DNA of 64,000 nucleotides from Eubacteriales bacterium. Lineage in GTDB: Bacteria; Bacillota; Clostridia; Oscillospirales; CAG-272. The notes under the pieces were generated by a model. That model made no database searches, was not told the origin of the DNA, and saw only the letters and a list, made by a program, of their open reading frames with translations. Shown one piece after another: positions 37,339 through 49,796 of the stretch. Location: positions 1,500-65,499 of the forward strand of contig JAZLLY010000028.1 in assembly GCA_045598385.1 (NCBI GenBank). Direction: 5' to 3'. Every line of letters begins with the position of its first letter. Positions within the stretch are counted from its first letter, which is position 1. Position numbers and translations under genes: made by a program.

Positions 37339-39522
37339 TCAGATATCCATAAGCACCGGAAGCACCATGGGTTTTCTCTTCGTTGCCTTATAAAGATATT
37401 TGGCGATTGCGTCCCGCAGATCCGTTTTGATCTGATTGAAATCCGCGTGGTTTGAGCCCAGCGACTTCTCCAGCGCCGCCGTGGCAACGCGCTTCACACC
37501 GTCCATGAGATTTTCCGCTTCTTTCACGTAAACGAAACCCCTGGAAACGATGTCCGGCCCCGAAACGAGAAGTCCCGAAAGGAGATCGACGGTAGCCACA
37601 ACGACCACGAGACCGTCCTCCGACAGATGCTTTCTGTCACGCAGAACGATGTTGCCGACGTCACCGACGCCGGAGCCGTCCACGAGGACTTTTCCGGACG
37701 TGACAGGCGCGCCGAGAAACTTCGCGCCCGATCCGCTGACTTCCAGCACTTTTCCGAGCTCCGCGACGAAAATGTTCTGTGCGGGGATGCCCATAAACTC
37801 TCCGATCTCTTTATTTGCGTAAAGATGGCGGTATTCGCCGTGGATCGGCATCAGGAATTTCGGCTTCGTCAGCGCCATCATGAGTTTCAGTTCTTCACGG
37901 CAGGCGTGTCCGGAAACGTGGACTTCCTCCACGGTATCGTTCACTACTTTTACGCCGTTTTTCACGAGCGCGTTGATGATATTGCCGACGGTCCTTTCGT
38001 TGCCGGGGATCGCGCTGGAACTGAGGATCACGACGTCACGGGACGTGAGTTTGATCTTTTCGTGCTCGTCAAAGGCGATGCGATAGAGCGCCGACATGGG
38101 TTCACCCTGGCTCCCCGTCGTGATCAGCGTGATCTGCTCCGGTTTATAGCGTTTGATGGCGTCCACGTCGATCAGAACGTCGTCCGAGAGATCCATATAG
38201 CCGAGTTCCGAAGCAGCGCCGACGACGTTCGTCATACTTCTGCCGAGGATCGCGACCTTTCTGCCGTGCTTGCGGCTGGCGTTGATGATCTGCTGGACGC
38301 GATGGACGTTGGACGAGAACGTGGCGATGATGATCCGGCGGTCAACGTATTGCAGAAAAATGCGTTCGAGAGAACTGCCGACCGTCTTTTCCGACGGCGT
38401 AAAGCCGGGACGCTCGGCATTCGTGGATTCGCAGAGAAGCAGCGTGACGCCTTCTTTTCCGATCTCGCTGATACGCTGAAGATCCATGATCTTCCCGTCG
38501 ATCGGGGAGACGTCAAGTTTGAAATCGCCGGTATGGAACACGAGCCCTCCCGCCGTCCTTACGGCGATAGCGCAGGCGTCGGCGATGGAGTGATTGACGT
38601 GAATGAACTCCGCGGACATTCCCCCGAGCGTGACGACGTCGCCTGCTTCCACCGTACAGAGTTCGGGTGTAAAAGGCAGGGGACTTTCTTCCAGCCGCGC
38701 GGCAATGATGCCGAGGGAAAGGCGGGTGCCGTAAACGGGCACACGGATCTGCGAAAGAACGTAGCCGACGGCGCCGATATGGTCTTCGTGACCGTGCGTG
38801 ATCAGTATGCCGCGCACTTTGTCGGCGTTTTTGACAAGGTAGGAAATATCGGGAATGACATAGTCGATGCCGGGCATCTCCTCGTCGGGGAACGCCATGC
38901 CGCAGTCGATGACGACGATATCGTCGCCGCACTCGATGACGGTCATATTCTTTCCGATCTCCTGCAGACCGCCGAGAGAGATCACGCGGATCTTCGCGCC
39001 GGAGACGACTTTCGGAAACTGTGTTCCGGGATGCCGCATCTTAACGTTTTTTTGCGCGGGTGTGTTGGCGGCAAGCAGTTTCTTGGATTTATTGCCGCCT
39101 GTGCGGGAAACGGCGGATGCCGTTGTGCCTGCCGGTTTCGCATCCGGCTTTCTGTCGTATTTTTGGGGAGACGGCTGACCGTTCTGCGGTCTTGCGGCGT
39201 TATGATATCTCCCCGTTTCTTGCTTTTTCGGTTCTTCGGGCACGCGTAGCCCTCCTTCTGCATTTTTCTTGTTTCTGTCAGAAGTCACCTTGGTCTTACT
39301 CGGTTTGCGCGTACGGGGATGGTCTTTATTTGGCGCGGCGCTTTGACCGCTTTTACCCGGAACGGCCGCCGCGGGGTTATTCGCGTTTTCGGTCTTCTTT
39401 GGCGTTTTCAAATCGGAGGCGGTTGGCTTCGGCGCCGCTTTTTTTGCATGACGGTAAAAAGGACGTTTTTTCTGCTCCTTGCCATCCTTTTGCGTCTGCT
39501 TGATTTCTTTTTCTTTATTCAT
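37339..39522 (-). CDS. rnj: Ribonuclease J with a ~160-aa basic low-complexity N-terminal extension
   Basis: The core starts at IRVISLGGLQEIGKNMTVIE, followed by HGHEDHIG (metallo-beta-lactamase), beta-CASP and the C-terminal domain. The ORF stays open 161 codons upstream of the only internal Met (39039). Neither candidate start has a good RBS. Confidence 0.88.
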   Translation of the reverse strand: MNKEKEIKQTQKDGKEQKKRPFYRHAKKAAPKPTASDLKTPKKTENANNPAAAVPGKSGQSAAPNKDHPRTRKPSKTKVTSDRNKKNAEGGLRVPEEPKKQETGRYHNAARPQNGQPSPQKYDRKPDAKPAGTTASAVSRTGGNKSKKLLAANTPAQKNVKMRHPGTQFPKVVSGAKIRVISLGGLQEIGKNMTVIECGDDIVVIDCGMAFPDEEMPGIDYVIPDISYLVKNADKVRGILITHGHEDHIGAVGYVLSQIRVPVYGTRLSLGIIAARLEESPLPFTPELCTVEAGDVVTLGGMSAEFIHVNHSIADACAIAVRTAGGLVFHTGDFKLDVSPIDGKIMDLQRISEIGKEGVTLLLCESTNAERPGFTPSEKTVGSSLERIFLQYVDRRIIIATFSSNVHRVQQIINASRKHGRKVAILGRSMTNVVGAASELGYMDLSDDVLIDVDAIKRYKPEQITLITTGSQGEPMSALYRIAFDEHEKIKLTSRDVVILSSSAIPGNERTVGNIINALVKNGVKVVNDTVEEVHVSGHACREELKLMMALTKPKFLMPIHGEYRHLYANKEIGEFMGIPAQNIFVAELGKVLEVSGSGAKFLGAPVTSGKVLVDGSGVGDVGNIVLRDRKHLSEDGLVVVVATVDLLSGLLVSGPDIVSRGFVYVKEAENLMDGVKRVATAALEKSLGSNHADFNQIKTDLRDAIAKYLYKATKRKPMVLPVLMDI

Positions 39523-39664
39523 AATGATTGATTTTCATGCGGAAAAATGCCATCCGTTATCTTGCCTGCTAAAAGTGCAAAAGATAAGATTGTCGGACGG
39601 CTTTTCTTCCATTCGACGTATTTTCCTCGCAAAAGTGTGTATTTGTAAGGAATTATTTACAAAA

Positions 39665-40198
39665 TCAGTGTTTTCCGAACAGACGGTCAAACAAACTTGC
39701 TTTTTCCGCTCTGGTGATCGGCTCGGTTTTCACTTCTTCCGGCTCTGCTTTTTCGGGCGCGGGCTCGGCTTTCATAACCGGTTCTGCCTTGGGCTCGGGT
39801 TTTGCTTCCGGTACCGGCTCTGCCTTGGGTGCAGGTGCGGCTTTGACTTCTTCCGCAGCAGGCGCAGGTGCGGCTTTGACTTCTTCCGCAACGGGTGCGG
39901 GTGCGATGCCGGCTTCCTCGCGTCTCACGTTGGCTTCCAGTTCGGCGGCAACCGCCTTGGAAATTCTCTTCTTTCTCTTCTTTTCGGGAAGCGGAAGGAC
40001 AAAGTTGTCGTCAAGAAGTTCGTCCAGACTGATGTTGTACTGCAATTTGATTTCCAGAAGTTTTGCCACTTCGGGATAGGACTGTCCGGCTTCCCATTTG
40101 TAAACGGCCTGGCGGGAAACGCCGATTCCGTTTGCAAACTTGGTCTGAGAAAGACCGTACTTCTTGCGGATGATCACGATTTTTTCACTGAATTTCAT
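39665..40198 (-). CDS. XRE-family HTH protein with a Pro/Ala/Glu/Lys repeat linker and a C-terminal amphipathic helix
   Basis: The HTH is IRKKYGLSQTKFANGIGVSRQAVYKWEAGQSYPEVAKLLEI. Then KKRKKR, then the repeats APAPVAEEVKAAPAPAAEEVKAAPAPKAEP. It ends EKASLFDRLFGKH. Confidence 0.75.
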   Translation of the reverse strand: MKFSEKIVIIRKKYGLSQTKFANGIGVSRQAVYKWEAGQSYPEVAKLLEIKLQYNISLDELLDDNFVLPLPEKKRKKRISKAVAAELEANVRREEAGIAPAPVAEEVKAAPAPAAEEVKAAPAPKAEPVPEAKPEPKAEPVMKAEPAPEKAEPEEVKTEPITRAEKASLFDRLFGKH

Positions 40199-40227
40199 CG
40201 TTTTTTCCTTTCTTTGGTTTTTTATTG

Positions 40228-40866
40228 TTATTTTTCGTTAGCAAAATAAGTAAAATAGGTATTGCAATCGAGCCGGAAACCGTTCTCTTCTTCCAAAAGG
40301 CGGATGTCGATCGTCCGGCTCCGCGTTTCTCCCGCCGCGTTTTCTGCCGTGACAAGTACCGTGACGAAAATGATTTCTCCCTTCACGTGATCCACGGCTA
40401 ACGTGTCGTAATGATACGTGACGGCGGCAGTATCGCGGTAATTGTTTCTTTCCTCGTCGGTACTGACATAGACCGTTCCCGCGTCCTCGATATACCGTTT
40501 GTATCCTACGATGTTATCGCCGCTGTAGATAACGCCGAGCACCGTATTAAAAATATACGCGGTGGTTGCCTTGGTATAGACCTCCTCGGTCTTCTCTCTG
40601 AGAAGACCGAGAGAGGTGATCCCGTTTTCCGTGAGGAACGCGGGATCCGCTTCGACGTAGCCGCCGGAAGTCTTCGGATTGTCGGGCTTGACGGGGATGC
40701 CCTCGCCGTAATAGATCCGGTTGAAAAGGACGGATTTTTCGATCAGTTCTTCCGCTGCCGCCAGAACTTCCGCTTCGTCGTACGTGCGGTTTTTCACTTT
40801 CTTTTCACACGCGGACGCCGTCAGCAGCATACAAAACGTCACGAGCAGAAGGATGATCTTTTTCAT
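40228..40866 (-). CDS. Hypothetical lipoprotein
   Basis: [20 protein letters not shown] is a signal peptide with a lipobox. No known domain was recognised. Its ATG overlaps the gyrA stop (ATGA). Confidence 0.65.
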   Translation of the reverse strand: MKKIILLLVTFCMLLTASACEKKVKNRTYDEAEVLAAAEELIEKSVLFNRIYYGEGIPVKPDNPKTSGGYVEADPAFLTENGITSLGLLREKTEEVYTKATTAYIFNTVLGVIYSGDNIVGYKRYIEDAGTVYVSTDEERNNYRDTAAVTYHYDTLAVDHVKGEIIFVTVLVTAENAAGETRSRTIDIRLLEEENGFRLDCNTYFTYFANEK

Positions 40867-43499
40867 TCTTCACCGTCTTCCGCGTTTTCCCCGTCGGGTT
40901 CATCGGCGGCGTCTTCCTCCGCTTCTTCGGCATCGGCTTCCTCCTCCGCTTCCCCGTCGGTTTCTTCCGCTTCGGCTCTGATTTCTTCGTCCTCGGCGTC
41001 CGCCGGGAGAAGTTCCGCCTGTTTCTGGATCTCGTCGCTCTCTTTCTCGATCTCTTCTTCTCTTTCGATCGGTGCGACGTTGATAACGCAGTCACCCTCG
41101 GACAGACGCATCACGATAACGCCGGATGCGGTTCTCGAATACACGTTGATGCCGGACACGGCGGTGCGGATGATAGTGCCCTCTGCTGTGATGAGCATGA
41201 CGTCGTCTTTTTCGCTGACGGAGATGACGGCGGCGAGTTTTCCGGTCTTTTCGGTGATATTATGAACGGTCACGCCGCGTCCGCCTCTGTGCTTCATCAG
41301 ACGGAATTCTTCAAACGGCGTTCTCTTGGCAAGTCCGTTTTCGGTGACGGTGAGCAGCATCCGGTCTTCCTCGGTCGGAACGACGCCGATGATCTCGTCT
41401 CCCTCGGAGAGCGTCATTCCGCGGACACCGCGGGCGGTACGTCCCATGCAACGGACGTTTTCCTCGTCGAATTTGACGGCGCTGCCGTTTTTGCTTGCCA
41501 TAATGAGGCAATCGGCGCCTTTGGTATGACGGACGAACAGAAGTTCGTCTCCTTCGTCGAGACGGATGGCGATCTTACCGCCTTTTCTGTGATAGGAGAA
41601 GTCGGTGAGCGCCGTTCTCTTGATGATACCGTTGCGCGTTACCATCGTGAGGTATTCTCCCTCGGCAAAGGCAAGCAGGGACACGATCGCCGTGACTTTT
41701 TCTTCCTTTTCGAGTTCAAGGAGATTTGCCATATAAGTGCCTTTTGCCGTCCTCGACGCCTCGGGGATACGGTAGGCCTTCTTCATATAGACTTTTCCGC
41801 GGTTGGTAAAGAAGAGAATGTAGGAATGGCTGTCGGCGACCATGACTTTTTCGACGTAATCGTCCTCTTTGGTGGTCATGCCGATGATGCCTTTTCCGCC
41901 GCGGTTCTGCGCGACGTAGGTGTCCGCTCTCTGGCGTTTGATATAACCCGTGTGCGTCATGGTGATCACGCAGGTGTGTCTTTCGATCAGATCCTCGAGG
42001 TCAATCTCCTCGGTCGCTTCGATGATCTCGGTACGGCGTTTATCGCCGAACTTATCGCGGATCGCCGTCAGCTCCTCTTTGAGGATCCTCTTGACTTCGT
42101 TTTCGTCCGAAAGAATATGGCGGTACTCGGTGACGAGTCCCTCCAGCTTTTCCATACGGTCGAGCACCTTCTGTCTTTCGAGACCCGAGAGTTTTCCGAG
42201 CGCCATTTCGACGATCGCCTGCGTCTGCTCGTCGGAAAGGCCGTACTTTTCCGCCAGATTCTGCTTGGCTTCGGGAATGGAGGCGCTGCGTTTGATGGTC
42301 TCGATCACTTCGTCGATATTCTCCGCCGCGATCTTGTAGCCCTCGAGAATATGCAGTTCGCGCAGGGCTTTTTCAAGGTCAAATTTCGTGCGGTTCGTGA
42401 TCACGCTCTCCTGGAACGCGATATATTTATCGAGAATGCCGGAAAGCGGCAGGATCTTCGGTTCTCCGCCGTCGATGACGAGCATATTGACCGAACAAGT
42501 GTCCTGCAACTGCGTGAACTTATAAAGCTGATTGAGGATCACTTCGGCGTTGGCTTCACGCTTGTATTCCACGACGATACGCATACCGGCACGTCCGGAT
42601 TCGTCGCGCAGTCCCGTGATACCCTCGATCTTCTTTTCCTTGACGAGATTGGCGATGCTTTCGATCAGCATGGCTTTGTTGACCATGTAGGGGATCTCGG
42701 TGAAGACGATACGTCTGTGTTCGTCCTCGATCTTCGCTCTCGCGCGGACGTAGATCTTTCCTTTTCCGGTCTCGTACGCGTCGCGGATACCGCGGGTACC
42801 GTAGATGAGAGCGGCGGTCGGGAAATCCGGTCCGTGCAAAATCTCCATCATATCGGCGGTCGTACATTCGGGATTTTCCATGCGGTAGATGATACAATCG
42901 GCGACTTCCGTCAGATTGTGCGGAGGAATGTTCGTCGCCATACCGACGGCGATACCCACCGAGCCGTTCACCAGAAGGTTCGGAAAACGGGAGGGAAGAA
43001 CCACCGGTTCGTCGCGCGTGTTATCAAAGTTCTTCGTCATGGGAACGACGCGTTTTTCAATGTCGCTCATCATGAGATCGGCGATCTTGCTCATTCTCGC
43101 CTCGGTGTAACGGTAAGCCGCCGCACCGTCGCCGTCCACGTTACCGAAGTTTCCGTGGCCGTCCACAAGAGGATAACGCAAAGAGAAATTCTGCGCCATA
43201 CGGACCATCGCCTGATAGACGGCGGAGTCACCATGCGGATGGTATCTACCGAGCACGTTTCCGACCGTCGTCGCGGATTTGCGGAACGGTTTGTCGTAGG
43301 TCAGATGATCTTCGTACATAGCGTAGAGGATACGGCGCTGACCGGGTTTCATACCGTCTCTGACGTCAGGAAGAGCACGGGATGTGATGACGCTCATCGA
43401 ATATTCGATAAAAGCGCTTTTTACTTCTTTTTCGATGTCTTTATTTTCTATTTTCTGGAAAGGAAATTCAATATCGGCGTTCTGATAAGTATGTTCCAT
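40863..43499 (-). CDS. gyrA: DNA gyrase subunit A (with an acidic C-terminal tail)
   Basis: [31 protein letters not shown], the active-site region [11 protein letters not shown], and beta-pinwheel repeats. The last ~60 aa are a D/E/A-rich tail. Confidence 0.98.
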   Translation of the reverse strand: MEHTYQNADIEFPFQKIENKDIEKEVKSAFIEYSMSVITSRALPDVRDGMKPGQRRILYAMYEDHLTYDKPFRKSATTVGNVLGRYHPHGDSAVYQAMVRMAQNFSLRYPLVDGHGNFGNVDGDGAAAYRYTEARMSKIADLMMSDIEKRVVPMTKNFDNTRDEPVVLPSRFPNLLVNGSVGIAVGMATNIPPHNLTEVADCIIYRMENPECTTADMMEILHGPDFPTAALIYGTRGIRDAYETGKGKIYVRARAKIEDEHRRIVFTEIPYMVNKAMLIESIANLVKEKKIEGITGLRDESGRAGMRIVVEYKREANAEVILNQLYKFTQLQDTCSVNMLVIDGGEPKILPLSGILDKYIAFQESVITNRTKFDLEKALRELHILEGYKIAAENIDEVIETIKRSASIPEAKQNLAEKYGLSDEQTQAIVEMALGKLSGLERQKVLDRMEKLEGLVTEYRHILSDENEVKRILKEELTAIRDKFGDKRRTEIIEATEEIDLEDLIERHTCVITMTHTGYIKRQRADTYVAQNRGGKGIIGMTTKEDDYVEKVMVADSHSYILFFTNRGKVYMKKAYRIPEASRTAKGTYMANLLELEKEEKVTAIVSLLAFAEGEYLTMVTRNGIIKRTALTDFSYHRKGGKIAIRLDEGDELLFVRHTKGADCLIMASKNGSAVKFDEENVRCMGRTARGVRGMTLSEGDEIIGVVPTEEDRMLLTVTENGLAKRTPFEEFRLMKHRGGRGVTVHNITEKTGKLAAVISVSEKDDVMLITAEGTIIRTAVSGINVYSRTASGVIVMRLSEGDCVINVAPIEREEEIEKESDEIQKQAELLPADAEDEEIRAEAEETDGEAEEEADAEEAEEDAADEPDGENAEDGEE

Positions 43500-43517
43500 C
43501 GTTGTCTCCTCCTTCCG

Positions 43518-45710
<2,193 letters not shown>

Positions 45711-45730
<20 letters not shown>

Positions 45731-46814
45731 AAGACCCGCCTTTCACTTCTATCGCGTTGACGTCACGGACGCCGACACCGATCTTTTCACAGGATGTGAT
45801 CAGGATCTGTCGGTTTTCGAGTCCCCGCAGAATAAACGCTTTTCTTTGTTCGTCAAGTTCCGAAAAGACGTCGTCGAAAAGATAAACGGGATATTCCCCC
45901 ACGGCTTCTTTGCAAACTTCGCCCTCGGCGTATTTCAGAGCAAGAGCGACGGAACGCTGCTGCCCCTGGGAAGCAAAGGCACGGGCTTTTTTTCCGCCTA
46001 TCGTAATATCCATATCTTCCCTGACGGGACCGAAAAGCGTCGTCCCGGCGGCGATCTCTTTTTCCGTATTTTCGGTGAATATTTTCCGGTAAGCGAGGAA
46101 AGCTTCGTCTTTGTCTCTCGCTTCCCCGATATCACTTTTATAACGAAGATCGAGGATCTCTTTTTTCGCCGTCATTTCCGAAAGAAACGGTCCGGCGTAT
46201 TTTCCTATCTTTTCAATGTAATTTTTCCGGAAAAGATAAATATCCGCGGCGTATTTCGCAAGAGAAAGGGAAAACGCTTCTATTTCTCTTTCGTCCGTGT
46301 AAAGTCCTTTTTGCGCCATTCTCAAAAGACAGTTCCGCTCTTCCTGTGCTTTCTTATAATCGGCGTATATTTTCAGATATTCCGGAGTACATCCGGCGAT
46401 CCCCACGTTCAGAAATCCGCGGCGTTCCTCCGGTCCGTCCTTGACGAGCCGCAGGTGATCCGGCGTAAAGAGTACGGCGTGAAACGCGTCTATCATTTCC
46501 GATATTTTTTTGATCTTATAGCCGTTTTTTGTTTTTTTGCGGCTGCCGTCGTGATAGACGTATTCCAATTTGTTTTCTCTTTTTTTGTCTTGAAAAGACA
46601 GGGAAAGAGAATATCCTTCACAACCGAAGCGGCAAAGTTCGCGGTCGGACGCGCCCCGGAAAGACTTTCCGCGCGCGAAAAAATAGATACCCTCTATGGC
46701 GTTGGTTTTCCCTTGCGCGTTCTGCCCGTATAAAAGATTGACACCTTCCGAAAAATCCAAACAGACGTTTTCAATATTACGGAAGTTTACGGCGTTGAAT
46801 TGTTGAACGACCAT
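45711..46814 (-). CDS. recF: DNA replication and repair protein RecF
   Basis: FRNIENVCLDFSEGVNLLYGQNAQGKTN (Walker A), SQGQQRSVALALK (signature motif), and LFDDVFSELD (Walker B). Confidence 0.95.
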
Positions 46815-46818
46815 AAAA

Positions 46819-47964
46819 TCAACCGTTCATACGAACAGGGAGAATCATATAGTAAAAATCAAAACCGTCGATTTTTTTATAGGGTTCGATGGTGATCGCC
46901 TGCGTCGCGCTCTTCATCGTCATTTTGATCTTTTCGCCTTCCGTAACGCGCACGCTGTTGATGAGATAACGGCAGTTGAATCCGATCTCAAGATCGCCGC
47001 CCGTGTGTTCGCAGTTCATCTCGTCGGACACTTTTCCGTTTGCGGATTTGGAAGAAAGCGTGAGATAACGGTCGGCGACGGAGATCTTCACAAAACTCTT
47101 TCCGGATCCCTGGATCTTTTCTTCCGCGACGATATTGGCTCTTTCAAGACCGTCCATGAAACGTTCTCTGTCCACCGCCACGGAAATGTCGTTGCCTTTC
47201 GGCATGATACGTTCGTAATCAATATATTCACTGTCGATCGTGCGGCTGAAGAACGTGACGTCGTCGTAGCAGAAGATTGCGTGTTTTCTCGAAAGATAAC
47301 AGGTGACTTTTTCGTCTTCGTCATCGGGCAGCACTTTTACGAGTTCGGAAAGCGCGTGTCCCGGCACGATGAACGAGATCCCCTCTTCGGTTCCGATCTT
47401 TTCGATCTCACATTCCATACGGCAGACGGAAAGCGTAAAACTGTCGCAGGAGACGAGATCCAGCCCGTTTTCCTTTACTTTGAAATAAGCGCCGCAAAGC
47501 ATGATGCGGTTATCCTGTTCGGCGATGGAGTGGGAGACTTTTCCTATCATCTTTTTAAGAACGGCGCCGTTGACGGTGAAACCGCGCTCGGACGAAAGTT
47601 CCGGCAGATTCGGGAACTCGTCGCCTTTCATGGCAAACATGGAGAAAGAGGAGGCGTCGGAAGAAACGGTACAATTACAGTTTTCGTCCACGTCGATGGT
47701 GAACTCGTCGTCGGGAAGAACACGGACGGTCTGGCAAAGACGCTGCGCGTTGATGATATAGCATCCGGGTTCTTCGATCCTGACGCCGCGGATCATACAT
47801 CTGACACCTTTATTCATATCGTAGGTGGAAAGCTGAACGGCGTCGGGCTCCACGGTTTCGATCAGGACACCTTCGATCGAAGAGATCGTGTTTTTATTGG
47901 AGATCGTTCCCATAGCGGGAAGAAGACGGTTCAGAAAATCGTTTTTTTGAAGAGAAATTCTCAT
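46819..47964 (-). CDS. dnaN: DNA polymerase III beta sliding clamp
   Basis: MRISLQKNDFLNRLLPAMGTISNKNTISSIEGVLIE... gives 381 aa from ATG 47964, which has an AGTGAGG RBS. The 63-codon upstream extension in the track covers the oriC-like spacer. Confidence 0.95.
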   Translation of the reverse strand: MRISLQKNDFLNRLLPAMGTISNKNTISSIEGVLIETVEPDAVQLSTYDMNKGVRCMIRGVRIEEPGCYIINAQRLCQTVRVLPDDEFTIDVDENCNCTVSSDASSFSMFAMKGDEFPNLPELSSERGFTVNGAVLKKMIGKVSHSIAEQDNRIMLCGAYFKVKENGLDLVSCDSFTLSVCRMECEIEKIGTEEGISFIVPGHALSELVKVLPDDEDEKVTCYLSRKHAIFCYDDVTFFSRTIDSEYIDYERIMPKGNDISVAVDRERFMDGLERANIVAEEKIQGSGKSFVKISVADRYLTLSSKSANGKVSDEMNCEHTGGDLEIGFNCRYLINSVRVTEGEKIKMTMKSATQAITIEPYKKIDGFDFYYMILPVRMNG

Positions 47965-48217
47965 GATGGCCTCACTTTCTTGTTGAGGGAAAAAATCCCT
48001 CATTTCTTTATAAACGGTTAGCAGTAGCAGTATTAAGGGCTGTGGATTGTGGGGAAAACGCGGAATGCGTTGAAAAACACGGGTTTTCAAAGAAATATTT
48101 TTTGAGGAAAAGTACGGTTTTCTGTTGGCTGAAAGTGGAAAAGTTTTCCCCATCTTTTCAACCGTAAAAAAGCACTTCTATTCACCGCTTGTTTTCCACA
48201 TTTCAACAGAAGAAAAA
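47965..48217. other. oriC: dnaA-dnaN intergenic region, a candidate oriC segment
   Basis: 253 bp carrying five DnaA-box-like 9-mers (consensus TTATCCACA / TGTGGATAA): TGTGGATTG 48041, TGTGGGGAA 48048, AGTGGAAAA 48134, TTTTCCCCA 48144 and TTTTCCACA 48192. There is also an A/T-rich stretch at 48088-48110. Confidence 0.5.
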
Positions 48218-49615
48218 TCAGTTATGTTTGATTTCTTTCATGATGAGATTGATATCCGCTTCATAATTTCTCACGGTCTTGATATTGAGTTCCGCTTTTG
48301 AGACGGAAGCCATGACCGTCGTGTGGTCGCGGGAAAAAATCTTTCCGATCTCTTTGAGCGAGAGATTGGTCATTTTGCGGATGATATAAATGGCGACGTG
48401 CCGGGCGTTGGCGATATTGTCCGTTTTTTTCTTGGACGTGAGATCGTCCACGGTCACACCGTATCTTTTGGCGACTGCCGAGAGAATCCTGTCCACAAGG
48501 ACGGAGGTCGGGATGTTTCCGGGATCAATGATGGCGATCACTTCTTCGATGAGCTCTTTGTTCACGGAAGCACCGCTCAGAGAACAGACGGCGTGAAGGC
48601 GTTTGAGGACACCCTCGATCTGTCTGATGTTGTTTTGCAGGCGTTCCGCCATATAGTCGATGAGATCCGGCTCGATCACGAGGCCGAGCGCCGCGCTCTT
48701 CTTGCGGATGATGGCGGTACGAAGCTCGTAACTCGGCGGCTGGACGTCGGCGAGCAGACCGCCCTCGAAACGGGTGCGGAGTCTGTCTTCCAGGGGCTTG
48801 ATCTCTTTCGGAGGACGGTCGGAGGTGAGAATGATCTGTTTATTGGCACCGTAAAGCGCCGTAAAGGTGTGGAAAAACTCTTCCTGCATGGCTTCTTTTC
48901 CGGCGATGAACTGGATATCGTCGATCAGAAGCACGTCCACCGTGCGGTATTTGTCCTTGAAAGAAGCGATCGTTCCGTTTCCGAGCGCGGCGATCATCTC
49001 GTTGATGAATTCCTCGCTGTTTTTGTAGACGATGCTGAGCTTCGGATGGTTTTTGCGGATATAGTTGACGACGGCGTAAAGCAGATGCGTCTTTCCGAGG
49101 CCCGAATGACCGTAGATGAAAAGAGGATTGTACGTCGTCGGTTCTTTCGCCACGGCGTAGCAGGCGGCTCTCGCAAACTTGTTGGAATCACCCTCGATGA
49201 AGGTGTCAAAGGTATATTCGTCGAGACGGGCGGTGCTGTCGGAACCGCCGCGGATCAGTGCGCCGATGTTCTTTTCTTTCTCGACTTCGTCGGCACGGGT
49301 GACCTCGGGCGGGTCCGCCGTCAGATCCTCAAAGGAAGGCACGGCGGGGAAGCCCTCTTCCTTATCGGTGTATTCGATCTGCGGTTCCACCGAGAAGCCG
49401 ATGACCTCGAAAAGCGCCTCTTTGATATTCTCTTTATACTTCGTCGACAAAATCTGTTTGCGAAGTTTTGTGGACGTGGTGAACTTTGCGACGTCCTCGG
49501 AAAGCTCCACGAGCTTCAGATCCGCAAACCAAAGGTCGAAGACCGACTGGGTATAGGATAACTTCTTCGCGATCGCGGCAAGCAGATCTTTCGTAATGTT
49601 CGAAAACTCGTCCAT
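48218..49615 (-). CDS. dnaA: Chromosomal replication initiator protein DnaA
   Basis: NPLFIYGHSGLGKTHLL (Walker A), LLIDDIQF, and the C-terminal DNA-binding signature IGKIFSRDHTTVMAS. Confidence 0.98.
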   Translation of the reverse strand: MDEFSNITKDLLAAIAKKLSYTQSVFDLWFADLKLVELSEDVAKFTTSTKLRKQILSTKYKENIKEALFEVIGFSVEPQIEYTDKEEGFPAVPSFEDLTADPPEVTRADEVEKEKNIGALIRGGSDSTARLDEYTFDTFIEGDSNKFARAACYAVAKEPTTYNPLFIYGHSGLGKTHLLYAVVNYIRKNHPKLSIVYKNSEEFINEMIAALGNGTIASFKDKYRTVDVLLIDDIQFIAGKEAMQEEFFHTFTALYGANKQIILTSDRPPKEIKPLEDRLRTRFEGGLLADVQPPSYELRTAIIRKKSAALGLVIEPDLIDYMAERLQNNIRQIEGVLKRLHAVCSLSGASVNKELIEEVIAIIDPGNIPTSVLVDRILSAVAKRYGVTVDDLTSKKKTDNIANARHVAIYIIRKMTNLSLKEIGKIFSRDHTTVMASVSKAELNIKTVRNYEADINLIMKEIKHN

Positions 49616-49652
49616 AAAAACCTCCGTTGATGGTTACTGTTATACGTTTAAC

Positions 49653-49681
49653 ATTATAACATAATTATAAGTGAAAATCAA
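49653..49681 (-). promoter_or_regulatory. Candidate dnaA promoter
   Basis: On the minus strand: TTGATT-17 nt-TATAAT, downstream of the ileS terminator. Confidence 0.5.
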
Positions 49682-49743
49682 GATATTTTATATATATTTA
49701 GCAAAATCGTCCAAAAGAGAAATAAGATGTTAAACAAAAGTTA

Positions 49744-49778
49744 CAAAAAAATTGCCGCGGGAACGCGTCCCGCGGCAA
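49744..49778 (-). terminator. ileS terminator
   Basis: On the minus strand: TTGCCGCGGGAcgcgtTCCCGCGGCAA followed by TTTTTTT. Confidence 0.85.
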
Positions 49779-49796
49779 CCGTAAGTATGCAAAAAA

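Noticed and set aside
46819-48153. The long form of dnaN (444 aa) from the ORF track.
   Set aside because: The first 63 codons cover the DnaA-box-like spacer and resemble no sliding clamp. An RBS precedes the Met at 47964, which gives a normal 381-aa clamp.
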